From NCBI GenBank assembly GCA_048213135.1, contig PS015321.1, positions 1-39,941 on the forward strand: 39,941 nt of DNA, written 5' to 3'. The stretch is from Reclinomonas americana ATCC 50394 (taxonomy: Eukaryota). Positions 22,174 to 34,470 of this stretch are shown here, one piece after another. A model generated the notes under the pieces. It searched no databases, was not told the origin of the DNA, and was given only the letters and a program-made list of their open reading frames with translations. Numbering within the stretch: position 1 is the stretch's first letter; each line of letters opens with the position of its first letter. Made by a program: the position numbers and the translations under genes.

Positions 22174-24452
22174 TGTGTGTCGTGTCNNNNNNNNNNNNNN
22201 NNNNNNNNNNNNNNNNNNNNNNNNNNNNNNNNNNNNNNNNNNNNNNNNNNNNNGGTGGGGGAGGGAAGGGGGGGAAGGCGTGGGCTGCTGTCAGTCGAAG
22301 CACGCCTTTCTCTGTCTCTCGATTTCATTGCACGACAGCACGCCTTGGAATCTCTGTCACAGACTCTGGCTTGTGTCATCTTCCGTTGTGTTCTTCACTC
22401 TCTCGTTTTCAAGCACGCGCTGTGATGCCCTCTTGTTTCTCAATACGACAGCGCATCTTCGGATCTCTGTCACGGACTCTGTCTTGAGTCATCTTCATTT
22501 TGTTCATCTCTCTCCTCGTACACAAGCGCATGGTGTATTTAGCTCGACAGCGCACCTCGAGGTCTTTCACGCAGACTCTGTCTTGCGTGATCTTCATGTG
22601 TTCATCTCTCTCTCGTACACAAGCACACGCTGTATTTAGCTCGACAGCGCACCTCGAGATCTTTCACGCAGGCATCATCTTCGTTGTGTTCATCCTCGTA
22701 CAGTGGCACGCGCTGCGATTCCCTCTTGTTTCTCAATTCGACAGTGCGCCGCTGGATCTTTGCCACAGACTCTCTCTTGAGTCATCTTCGTCGTGTTCAT
22801 CACTCTCCCTCCTCGTACACTAGCACACGCTGTGATTTCCTCTCGTTCTCGTAGCTCGACAGCGCACCTTGGGTTGTGTGCCACAGTCTCTGTCTTGCAT
22901 GACCTTCATTTTGTTCATCTCTCTCTCCTCGTACACAAGCACACGTTGTGTACCCTCTCGTTCTCTTAGCTCGACAAGTGTACTTGGGATCTTTGTCACA
23001 GACTTTGTCTTGCGTCATCTTCATTTTGTTTATCGCCCTGTCAATCTCTCTGGGTCTCTCTCTCTTTCTCACTTTCTCTCTCTTTCTCTCTCTCCTCATC
23101 AATCTCCCTCTCACTTTCTCCCCTCCGTCACTCCCGCAGAGCTGAACGACGAGCTGCAAGTGTTCCTCACCCAGACCAACGCGGAAATCAAGAGAGCGCA
23201 AGACATTTTGAAGCAGCTCGATGCCGAGAACAAGTTGCGTCGTAATAATCCTCCTGTTACCTTCCCCCCGGTCGCTCATTCGCCATTCTTTTCTCTTCGC
23301 AGCGCCTTCAAGGGTGGTTCTGGCGAGAAGCGCATGCGTGAGAGCCAGTTTGCCATGCTGGTGCGCACGCTGGCGGCCAAGACACGAAGGGTGCAGGAGT
23401 CGGAGGGCGAGGCGCTGATGCGCTACCGCACTCGCCTGAAGGAGGAGATTCATATTGGTGCGTGACGTGAGTGACGAAGAGTGCAGGTCGCTTTTCTTCT
23501 TGCTCCTATGGATTGTTGATGTCTCGCTCTTCTCTCTCTCTCTCAGTCTTCTCATTCTCTCACTCTCCCCCGCTTTACTCCTCCTCCCTCGTTGTTTCTC
23601 TCTCTCTCTCGCTCTGCCCTCCTCACTCTGTTCCCCCTTCCTCCCAACTCCGCTCACGGTGGTTCTCTCTCTCGCTCTGCTCCTTTCTACCCTTCCACCC
23701 TTCCCCTTGCCCCTTCCTCCTTCCCCCCTCCCCCTTTGCCCCTTCCTCCTCCTTCCTCCTCCTTCCTCCGTCCTCCTTCCCCACCTCCCCCTTTGCCCCT
23801 TTCCCTTCCTCCCCCTTCCTCCCCCTTCCCCTCACCCTTTCCCTCACAATCTCATCGCAGCCGACCCGACTGCCTCGGAGGAAAAAGTCGAGCAGTACCT
23901 CAACGCCGGCCAGTCGCAAGTGTTCGCCGACATGCTCTTCTCCAACTCGGCCACCGCGCACACCATCAAGACCACGTACGAAATGGTGAGCCGCTATGTC
24001 TGTGTTGATGTCTTGAAGCCGCTGGTGCGTGTGCTCAAAACAACTCCTGTTGTTTTCTTTTGCCTGCAGGCCGTGGAAAAGTACCGCGATTTGCTTCAGC
24101 TCGAGCAGAGTCTGGAGGAGCTGCACGAGGTGTGTGTGTGTTGCATCCGTGTCATCATCGTAGTCATTTTCCTTGCGCCCCTTGCCTGACCTCGTCGTGG
24201 TGCAGCTCTTTGTGGATTTCAGCAACTTGACGTTCCAGCAAGGCGCCGCCGTCGACCAGATTGCCGCCAACATTGAGAAGGCCGACAATTATGTGGCGCA
24301 GGGCACGCAGGCCCTGTACGATGCCAGGAAGCATCAGAAGAAGGCCCGCAAGTTGGTGAGTGTGGGATGCGGGAGCGGTGGAGTGGAGCTTGTCGTACAC
24401 ACAGTGCTCACTGACACACGTCGTCGCGCAGATGTGCTGCTCTATGATGTGA
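22008..24452 (+). CDS. Plasma-membrane-type syntaxin (Qa-SNARE) with no transmembrane anchor; ends MCCSMM
   Basis: N-peptide MKSRLDDARR (22008-22037); Habc exons 23140-23233 and 23303-23457; SNARE motif LEQSLEELHE|LFVDFSNLTFQQGAAVDQIAANIEKADNYVAQGTQALYDARKHQKKARK; last exon 24432-24452. Some N-terminal exons are missing, probably in the gap. Confidence 0.88.
22300..23035. repeat. Intronic degenerate minisatellite in the syntaxin gene
   Basis: Recurrent CACAGACTCTGTCTTG.GTCATCTTC, CTCGTACACAAGCAC and AGCTCGACAGCGCACCT. Confidence 0.8.
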
Positions 24453-24569
24453 CGAGGGCTGCATGCACTATTTCGGGGGTCGCATGTGCCGTGTTTTCTT
24501 TTCTTTACAGGGGTGTTGGTTTCGATGAATGCAAACTTTGTTCTTTTTGTTCAAAAATCGCGCGTGTAC

Positions 24570-24980
24570 ATGCCTTGATTTCCTCCTCAACAACCCCGTC
24601 GTCTCTGGTAATGTTCTTCGTCCGCGTGCTCTGCGATTCGGTTGTTTTTCCACTCACTCGTGCAGCATTGGTGATGAGCTCGCCTGGGTATTATTACACT
24701 CAGCGGTGTCTTGATTTCCTCCTCAAATCTGCGAGGCTTGTCATTTCGCCTCCGGTAATGTTCCTCGTCCGTGTGCTCTTAGATGCGGTTGTTTCTCACT
24801 CGCTTGTGCAGCATAGGTGATGAGCTCGCCTGGGTATAATTACACTCAGCGGTGCCTTGATTTACTCCCCAAACAAGCTGCGAGGTCGCCCCCGGTAATG
24901 TTCCCTCGTCCGCGTGTTCTTCGATTCGGTTGTTTCTCCACTCACTCGTGCAGCATTAGCGACGAGCTCGCCTGGGCTCA
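24570..24980. repeat. Three imperfect tandem copies of roughly 145-160 bp downstream of syntaxin
   Basis: CTTGATTT...GGTAATGTTC...GATTCGGTTGTTT...GTGCAGCAT...GAGCTCGCCTGGG occurs three times. Confidence 0.85.
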
Positions 24981-25485
24981 GCTTGTCCACCGTTCCCCCG
25001 TCGCTGCGTCGTTGCCACCTCCTTCTCCGCCTCCCGCGGCTCCCGCACCGGCAATCAAGGCACCACCACCAGCAACAGCACCGCCAGCAGCTCCACTTGG
25101 CTTCCTCACCTGGCAGCCACCATCGCTGTTCGCTGGCCACTCGTGTGACGACGACTTTTCTACGCCATTTGACCCGTTGTCTACGAGGTCGATACTGGTG
25201 AGTTTTCCGATATTTCTCGAAGTTGCGTTGTCCATTCCTCGCCCTTCCCCTCGCCTTCCACTTTACTTAATGTTTGAGCAGGCTTTTATATATCACACAC
25301 GATCTCGAGCCTGTCACAAAATGAGCTTGCACCTTCGTCCTGTCCCATACGACCGTTGGAACACAACACAGGAGCACTTGTCTCTCGCAGAATGAGGTGA
25401 GATTGGTCGACAGTGATGGAGACACACACGCGCTTCATTCGTCCACAATCACAATCACATTGTTCGCTCACAATCAGTTTTCCTC

Positions 25486-26061
25486 ATGATCACTCCAATG
25501 TGCAGTGCCCCGCGACAGAGTCCATTGGAGATGGCCTTGCTCGGCAACGTGCAAGCACTGCGCGACTTGGTGGCACACGAAGGCACCTCGCCTCTCCTCG
25601 AGGTGAACGAGCTGGGCCAATCCGTGTTTTTCGCGGCCGCCACCGAAGGCCAGCTTGCTGTATTGGAGTATCTTTGGGAGGAGAGCGGAGTTGGCCCACA
25701 GCTTGCATTGCACGTTGGCGCCGATGGAGTCACGCCACTGATGATTGCCTCGAATTACGGGCACTTAGACGTCGTTGAGTGGTTGCTCGCGGATGAGAAA
25801 CGGTGTCCGCCGGCAATGGTTCGCGCAGTGACCCGCGAAGGCGACTTTTACCCGCAGTCCACTGCGCTGCATTATGTGGCGGGCTCCAGTGGTGACGAGG
25901 GAATTGTGCGGCTCCTTGCCACTCGGTATCCGGACCTCATTCCGATGGTGAATGAGCAGGGCAAGACGGCGGCTCAGTGGGCGCGTGACGATCACAAGAC
26001 GGCGTTGGCCGAGCTGATCGAGTCTCTGTATCCGGGGGGTGAGTCACGCATGTTTGTCTGA
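25486..26061 (+). CDS. Ankyrin-repeat protein, intronless
   Basis: DGVTPLMIASNYGHLDVVEWLL, STALHYVAG...IVRLL and NEQGKTAAQWA motifs. Confidence 0.88.
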   Translation: MITPMCSAPRQSPLEMALLGNVQALRDLVAHEGTSPLLEVNELGQSVFFAAATEGQLAVLEYLWEESGVGPQLALHVGADGVTPLMIASNYGHLDVVEWLLADEKRCPPAMVRAVTREGDFYPQSTALHYVAGSSGDEGIVRLLATRYPDLIPMVNEQGKTAAQWARDDHKTALAELIESLYPGGESRMFV

Positions 26062-26657
26062 TCATCAACTCTTGCTCATGCTTCTGTGTGCTGCAGCACC
26101 CCCGTCGTGAGCGGAGAGCTAGCGCGCAGTGTTCCCTGTCTGCAAAGAGTGTGACTGACGATGAGCAGTGAGACAACCGCTGCCATCAAGGCTGGTATTT
26201 GTGTGCTGCAGGCTTGCACACTCAATATACCTGCTGTTGCCTGTGTTGTTGGCGAATGTACGCGAGTGCAGGAAGGTCATCTCGTCGCCGTTTCTGGCCA
26301 TGGCGCTCGCTCAAGGTGGTAGTCGTCATGCAGCTGTGCTGCTGTTTCAATCAAGACGTGCCCTGCACGACCTCGGAAAAACGCAGAGCGTCTATGCAAG
26401 TGCGTCAAATCCGCTGGTCAACCTCGCTCATGCAGTGAAGATCGCAGTTCTCGCTGCTACTTGCTTGGATCGATATCGAGAGCGAACACACACTCAAGAC
26501 TTGTGCTGTGCTGATGTTTTGGATATGGTTGGACTTGGTCAGCAAGACAGCTGTTGCTTGTTTGCTGGTGATGTGTTGTCAAGGCCGACGCTCGAACACG
26601 CATCAATATCGGTCATGTCCGCTCGCCCTCGCTTTTATTGTTTCGTTGTTTGTGACG

Positions 26658-27286
26658 ATGAAGAGCGCGCGCAAGCCCACCACCTCTGTGAGCAAGCCCA
26701 CCACCTCCCACGGCGACGACTCTCCCCCGTCCTTTGTGGCGGCACTCACCTACTTTTTTGTGCCTCTCTTTTTCCCGCTCTGCACCGTGTGGTCCTTCCA
26801 CCACACGGGCGGAGGTGGCGCGTGGACGTTCCTCTCGTTTGGCATCTCGTTTGTGCTGGTGCCGCTGATGGATCTGCTCATGGGAGAGGACAAGTCGGGC
26901 CCGTTCTCGGAGAAGCAGGTGGAGGCCATGAATGAGCGGTGAGTGTGAGAGGGGGAGGATATGAGGGAGAGAGGGGAGAAGGGGGGAGAAGGGGGGAGAG
27001 GGAGAAGGGGGGATAAAAGAGAGAGAGAGAAGAGAGAAAGGGTGAGAGAGAAGGGAGAGTGATGATTGAGAAGAAAGGAAGAATAAGGAAGCGGGAAAGA
27101 GAGATTGAGAGCGTGAGATTGAGTGTGTGAAGAGAGAAGAAAGAGAGAGAGAGAGAGTGAAAGAGTGAGAGAGGCGAGAGAGCAGGGAGAGAGAGAAGAG
27201 AGATGCAGAAGGACATGAATACTCTTTGCTCAGTGTCACCCTTGCTCCCCTCTCACTCCTCTCTTTCTCCCCTTCTCTCTCCCCTT

Positions 27287-27331
<45 letters not shown>

Positions 27332-27720
27332 CTCTCTACTCGTCTACGTTACGTACTACGTACGTACGTACGTACGTACGTACGTACCGTACGTACTACT
27401 ACTACTNNNNNNNNNNNNNNNNNNNNNNNNNNNNNNNNNNNNNNNNNNNNNNNNNNNNNNNNNNNNNNNNNNNNNNNNNNNNNNNNNNNNNNNNNNNNNN
27501 NNNNNNNNNNNNNNNNNNNNNNNNNNNNNNNNNNNNNNNNNNNNNNNNNNNNNNNNNNNNNNNNNNNNNNNNNNNNNNNNNNNNNNNNNNNNNNNNNNNN
27601 NNNNNNNNNNNNNNNNNNNNNNNNNNNNNNNNNNNNNNNNNNNNNNNNNNNNNNNNNNNNNNNNNNNNNNNNNNNNNNNNNNNNNNNNNNNCTCTCCCTC
27701 TCGTGTCGTCGTCTTCGTCT

Positions 27721-27759
<39 letters not shown>

Positions 27760-27773
27760 CTTCTTCTTCCTTC

Positions 27774-27804
<31 letters not shown>

Positions 27805-29210
27805 TCCTCTGTCACAGCAGGATTTTTTGTCACGAAAGATGCAGAAATTCCTTCGTTACCCCGCGCCCTTCTCACTCTTCTCACTCTTTTCCTCTCAAGT
27901 CTCATTCCTCCCCTTCTCTCACATTCCTTTTCCTCTATTCTCCCTCCTCTCTCTCTCTCTCTCCCTGCCTCTGCACGAAAGATGCACATATTCCGTGATT
28001 TCCCCGCGTGCTCACTCTTCCCACCTTAGCCCCGAATTCCGCTACATTTGCTACCTGTGGGTCCCGATCAACATTGCGCTGGTCATGTGGGGCTGCTGGC
28101 TGGCCGGCACTGGCCGTCTCTCCGCGGTCGAGTTTATGGGCCTGTCGCTCTCGATCGGCCTCATCAACGGTGGCTCGTTCACTGTCGCCCACGAGCTGTC
28201 GCACCAAAAGGACGAGCGGTGGCTGTCGGATGTGATTCTCTCTGTGTCGGCGTACATGCACTTTTCGATTGAGTTGCGTGGCCACTTTAGCTGACAGCGG
28301 CGACGATTTTGTGCTGATGACGCGGTGCCAGGCATCCGCTCGGGCACCACGTGAATGTGGCCACTCCCGAGGATCCGGCGTCGGCGCGCTACAAGGAGTC
28401 GTTCTACCAGTTCTGGCCGCGCACCGTCAAGGGCAGCTGGCTGTCTGCGTGGAAGATTGAGAAGACGGTTCATCTCAGATTCCTCTCCTTCTTCTGCCCC
28501 CCTTCTCTCTCTCTCTCCCCCTTACTGAGAGCATCGCACAGCGCCTGGAGAAGCTGCATTTGCCCGTGTGGAGTGCACACAACCGCATGTTGTGGTACAT
28601 TGTGGCGCCGGCCAGTATTGCTGTCGGCGTGTTGGTGGCGCTGGGTGTCATGGGCCTCGTTTTCTGGGTCTACCAGGCGTTCCTGTCGTTCACCGTGTTC
28701 GAGGTGAGTGTGACGCACACAGCAGGCAAGATGATGTTTCTGCACTAACCGTGCGCCGCCTCAGATCATCAACTACGTCGAGCACTACGGCCTCGAGCGC
28801 AAGCGCCTGCCCGACGGGCGTTACGAGCCGGTGGGAGTGCAGCACTCGTGGAACAGCAACACCCTCGTCACGAACTACATTTTGCTGAAGTTGCCGCGCC
28901 ACTCGGATCACCACATGAATGCGTGGCAGGTTGGTGTTCCGTGTTGCCGTCCTCGCTTCTCATACATACGTGCTCACCATTTCCTTCTCTCTCACACCCG
29001 CACAGAAGTACCAAGCGCTGCGCAACTTGGAGGGTGGTCCCGAGCTGCCGGCCGGTTACTCAGGTACATTGATTCCCTCTCTCAAAAACGCTGTCCAGCT
29101 CACTCCCCACATCCTGCACAGTGATGACGCTCCTGGCTCTGGTGCCGCCGCTGTGGTTCAAGATCATGAACCCGCGTGTCGAGGCTTGGCGTGCCAAGCA
29201 CCTGGCGTGA
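26658..29210 (+). CDS. alkB: Alkane 1-monooxygenase (AlkB/AlkM family membrane di-iron hydroxylase); exons 26658-26938, 28030-28272, 28332-28467, 28542-28703, 28765-28929, 29006-29063, 29122-29210
   Basis: All family motifs appear in frame after splicing: AHELSH, EHPLGHHVNVATPEDPASAR, NYVEHYGL, HSWNSN, LPRHSDHH, PELPAGY and LALVPPLWFKIMNPRV. Confidence 0.93.
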
Positions 29211-29482
29211 TGGAATCAACTACTTTTCGCCTTCCAATCACAATGCAGTGAAGGCAACACCCTCTCCCTGTCGTTGACCAAATACGGACACTGTTGTATT
29301 TTTTCTCCCTTCACACAAACCGAAACCATCAAGCGACACACAGATATGACAACACCCACGCACGTTGCAAGCGCCGCGGGAGGGGGGGAATACGATGAAA
29401 AAAAGAATGAGACACTCTCATCAGGCACACGAGAAAAAAAGAGAAAAAGGGCACTGGCTTCCGCGATTTGGGGGTAGGAAAG

Positions 29483-31590
29483 TTAGAGTGTGAGCGCGTT
29501 GAATGCCGAGCGGCTCTTGCGGCACACGCTGGGCCCGATCTCGTCGTACTCCTCCTTCTTGACGACCCAGTTGACAAAGTGTGGCAGCGTGGCCAGCTGG
29601 CTACCGCCGCACCACACGGCGTATCGCTGGAAGTCGTGTGAAATGACGTTGACCTCGATTTCGGCGACCTAATAGGGGGGAGAGAAGGGGGAAGTGAGGG
29701 GAAGAGAAGAAAGGGACAAAGGGGAGAGAAGGGGGAAGAGAAGGGGGAGAGAAGGGAAGAGAAGGGGAGAGAAGAGGGAAGGGGAGGGGAAGGGGAGGGA
29801 GAGAAGGGGAAGAGAGAAGGCGAGGGGAAGAGAGAAGAGAAGAGGGAAGAGAAGGGGAAGAGAAGGGGGAGAGAAGGGAGAAGAGAAGGGGGAAGGGGAG
29901 GGGAAGAGAAGGGAGAAGAAAAGGGGAAGAGAAGGGGAAGAGAAGGGGAGAAGGTGAAGAAATGAAAGCGAGGAGAGGGGACGGGCGAGGGAGAGAGAGA
30001 GAGAGAGAGATAAGAACTGATCGCGCGCAACAGCAGTCTGCTTTCACAATGTAGCCGTCCACTCGCTCGTCGAATTCCAACGCGTCGTGCCCTCTCACTT
30101 TTGGCTTCTCTTTCAATATTTGCACTCAGCACACACTCGACGAGTCTGCGTCCTCTGCCTCTCGCTTTCTCTCTTACATTCGCACTCACTTACGCCTCAC
30201 TCAACGTGCGCTCTCTCTCTTCTATGCACCCATGCGCTCGCTTCTGCGTGGCATTTCAGATATCTGACAAGTCGATTACTTCGTCCTCTCGCTTTCTCTC
30301 TAACATTCGCACTCACTCTCGTGTCAAAGTAGAGAGTAAGAGAGCAAGAGCGTTGAGCGAGCATACTCAAAGAACACATGGAGAGAGCGAGAGAGGAGGA
30401 AACAGACTCGTCGAGTGCACGCATCACAGATGTCACTTCACACTCAACGAGGTTGCTCATCTTTCTCTCTCTCTCACTCACTCACAGTGTTCCTCAGTCT
30501 TGCTCATCCACACGCTCGTTCATCCGAGCGGTGCAACAGACGCCTCTCTAATTCTCTTTGCTCTCCTCCCCTCCTTCCCCACCAATTCCTACTCTCCCTA
30601 CGCAACAGCAGCTGCGCTTCCTGGGCGCACACCGGCACGCGCCATGCTTCGCTCAATGCGCTCATTCACAATGTGCTTGATGTCGCGCTGCAGGCGCTTG
30701 TCAAAGTTGCTGAACATGGTGGAGCCGCCCGAGAGCACAATATTCTGCCGTTATACAAGAGCGCACGAGAGAGTGAGCTGCTGCCGTGAGAGACCGCGGG
30801 CATTGCTGCATACGACGACTCAGCACCTTGTACAGTCCTCGTCGGTAATCAATGGGGCACGATTGAATCGCCTGGTCGACCACTTCTGGCAGTGCCGTGG
30901 TGAAGTCGGAGCTGAAGATTTCCGGCGAGAAGAAGAGTTCGGGGCCGAGGAATTGCTCAAAAGCCACGTCGAATGTGAAGGACTGGTGACAGCAGTGAGC
31001 GTGAGATGAATGAAGAGAGGAGGACATATAATATAACCCATCGCAAACAAACCTCTCCGCGCTGTGTCTTGGAGGTGTGCTTCTTGACCTTAGAGGGGTC
31101 CGTGTCGAAGGCGGCAAACTCGGACGCCAGATCTCTGCACACGTACGAGTACTCCTCCTTGACCTTTTGTGCCACGCTCAGAGCATCCTCGGATGGGATG
31201 GTCTTCTCGCGCTCCATCAGCAGCTGGCGCACGAAGCGGGTGATGACGTTGCCGGCCATGGGGATGTGCTTGATGGCGGCGCCAATGACGAAGCCGTCGG
31301 CCTGTGGAAAAGGGAAGGGAGGTGAGACGGAGTGGAAGGAGAACAAGGGGGAGGGGGACGAGAGAAAGGAAAACAAGGGGATTCGTGGATTCGAGTCTCA
31401 TCTCGCTACTTCCACAGCTCTGTCTTCACATGCTTTATCGCCATATCTTACAACTGCATATCCTTTGGTCTGGTGCACAGCAATCGCGTCCTCTGCATCT
31501 GCTTCACCACTCCTACTCAGCCATTTACAAAACGACCTAAACTCGTCAGCTTCTGAGGAAAAAGGAAACGTCAGGCGTTTTGAGTAGTTC

Positions 31591-31643
<53 letters not shown>

Positions 31644-33494
31644 CACCTAGAGCGCACCAGTGTGGGCCAGGAGGGAAGGCGAAGACGGGAAGATGAAAGG
31701 ACAGGCGTTTCCTTTCTCTCGACTTCTCACAAGACGCCTCGTCTTCTCTCCCCTTCTTCAACTGCTCACGCATGCAAATCACTCTATCCTCTTCCTCAGC
31801 TACTCAACACCTAGCCTTTCCTCCTCTCTTCCCTTCTTCCACTGCTCACACAAGCCTGGCCAATCACACGCTAAGCATCTTATTTCTTCACTCTTCCTCA
31901 GCTACTCAATACCCCAGGCCTTTCCTCCTCTCTTCCCTTCTTCCACTGCTCACACAAGCCTGGCAAATCACACGCTAAGCATCTTATTTCTTCACTCTTC
32001 CTCCACTATTCCATAAACCAGGCCTTTTCTCCTCTCCCTCACTGTCGCGCTCGCAGTATCTCTTTTTCTCTTATTCGCCAACTCGCAAAACGCCACTGGC
32101 CTTTCTTTCTCTCCCTGTCTGTCTCAGCATGTCTTTTCCTTTGAAAACTCTCATAGAAACTTGGCCTTTCCTCCTCTTCCTCATTATCACGCTCGCAGTC
32201 TCTTTTCTCTCTTATTCCACTGCTCACTGACCGCCTGTCATTTCTTCTCTCCTTTCAGTATGACTTTATTCTCTCTTTCTCTCACAAAACACCCGTCTTT
32301 TGCTCCTCCCTCGCACTATCACGCTCGCAGCATCTCTCTCTTCTCTTATTCTACTCTTCACAGACCGCCTGTCGTCGTTTTCTCCTTTCCCTTCAGCATC
32401 TCTCTCTTCTCTCATTCTCTCACAAACGCCTTTCCGCTTCCTCACTCCCTTCCTCTCCCTCAATTTCCCTCCCACGCGACTCACCACCGGGATGACGTGC
32501 GTCACACCATCACCAGAGTCAATGACCGTACCCGTCGATGCACCGCGCAGACCCAGACGCGCCACCTTCTTTGCGCCCCACGACGCAGCCATGGCAAGCA
32601 TGGCTTGCACGGCAATGTCCAGGCCTCGCACATTGAAGGTCTCAAACATGATTTCGGCCACGTACTCACGGTTCTCTGGTGGGCTGTGGGAAGGGAAAAG
32701 GGTGTCGGAATGAGAGAAGGATCGAAAGAGAAAACCGAGATGAACGCCGTCGCAACTTCATCGGAGGCTCCGTCTGCACATCAAAACAGTGATCAGCCTC
32801 CGAGGTTCACCAGCACGAGCAAGACAGCTCACACGCAAACGCACCAACAACACCAGCTGCTCCTCGGGCTCACACCGCAGGTACTTGAAGAAGCAGTGTT
32901 CCCACAAGCGCTCAATCTGATCCCAGTTCTCGATCTTGCCCTCCTTCATCGGGTAGGCCAGGGTCGAGTAGCCAGCCTTGTGCTCCAGAGCCTCGTCGCT
33001 GCAGAAATGTGAGACAAACACGCACAGGTGGGGTGGAGAATGACAAGCTAGTGTGCCACGAACCCGACCAAAAAGTCCAGGTCGCGCATTCTGGAGAGGG
33101 TGAGCGACAAGTGAGCGAATACTCGAGATGGCACGACATTGAAGGTATCTTGCTGGTCTTTTAACATAGCAAAAAGAAACGAATGCATGTGTGATAGAAC
33201 ACAGGGCACTGCCTGCCCTCTCGGTTTGTGCGAATGTGTGCAAGACACGGAAGGCGTCCTCTCGGATGCCTGTTCACCCTGTGCGCTTCAGCAGGCGTGC
33301 CTGCTCGACTGCTCTCACCAACAGAAGGTGTGTGTGAGAGAGAGAGAGGGGAGAGAGAGAGAGAAAGAGAGCGAGAGACAGAAATACAGAGAGAGATCAA
33401 GTATGGATAGAAAGTAGACGTTCTCTCGCTTGTTTGTGCACCCTGTGCGCTACAGCAGGCGTGCCTGGCGTGCCTGCTCGACTGCTGTCACGCA

Positions 33495-33530
<36 letters not shown>

Positions 33531-34119
33531 CAAATACAAGGCAGGCACCCTCTCGGATGTCTGTTCACCCTGTGCGCTGCAGCGTGCCTGCTCGACTGCC
33601 TTTGCGCACAGAGGCCTGCTCGACTGCCTTCGCGCACAGAGGTGTGTGTGTGTGTGTGTGTGTGTGCGTGTGTGTGTGTGTGCGTGAGCGTATGTGTGTG
33701 AGAGTCAGAGAGTGCGTCTGCCTGTCATTCATCGACAGGTCACCTCGCACGCCCGCTCAAACCGCCTACACAACGCCTATACATAAACACCCACATCATG
33801 CAACGCAACTCCGCAGGTCCAGCAGCACGCGGCGCACGTCCCGCTATGAGAAGAGACAAATGCAATCAGCGCAAGGAATGCTCGGAGAAAATAAATCCCT
33901 CAATCATCAACATCTCACACAAACACGCAGAGAATGCACAAGCACAGCAAGCGCACACAGAGANNNNNNNNNNNNNNNNNNNNGCGCTGACACTGAGAGA
34001 GACATACCCTGTTCCATTGCTGTTGTGCACAGAGAGAAGAAGAAGTCAGTCGCTGTTATGTTGCAAGCAGGCAGACACACACGCCGCAACTCGATGACGA
34101 CAGCCTGGTGACCTGACAT
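29483..34119 (-). CDS. ARP3: Actin-related protein 3 (Arp2/3 complex), at least 11 exons
   Basis: [106 protein letters not shown]. The exon following NGTG was not found and is probably in the gap at 33964. Confidence 0.94.
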
Positions 34120-34369
34120 TGCTCCGCGTGTGATGGAGAGTAACCCGTAACCTAGGCGTGGAATTCCGCGCGAAGGTAACCCAAAGCCAATGTCTTTTTT
34201 TTTTTTTTTGCTTGGTCTACTTCGAAGTGGCGGTGCGGAAAGCACGGAGCATAGTAACAATGCATTTACAAAGGAACCGTTGGTTCATTCGACGCTGCAG
34301 CCGTGTTGATACTCGTTGCAATTGGGCGGACGTCGACGTCGACGTCGACGCACATGCGCTGTGCACTCA

Positions 34370-34470
34370 TAATTATGTGTTTATATATTGTTGGTGTGCC
34401 AAGGTCATTGTCGGCAAGGGATTTGTGGGCATTTATCGCATTATTGGAATGTGGTGAATGAAGTGTTTTG
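34370..34470 (+). repeat. Dispersed intergenic repeat, copy C
   Basis: Highly similar to 1014-1113. Confidence 0.85.

Noticed and set aside
24570-24980. Regularly spaced repeats resembling a CRISPR array
   Set aside because: Whole units are repeated with no unique spacers, there are no cas genes, and the context is eukaryotic.
24817-25395. Pro/Ala-rich ORF upstream of the ankyrin gene
   Set aside because: It starts inside a tandem repeat, and has no recognisable domain or convincing splice structure.
27344-27406. (TACG)n / (TAC)n run before a gap
   Set aside because: Matches the TACG flow order of pyrosequencing read-end noise; probably an artefact.
33800-33845. Possible extra Arp3 exon flanked by TAG and GTTGCGT
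   Set aside because: No reading frame clearly matches Arp3, and neighbouring exons are lost in a gap.
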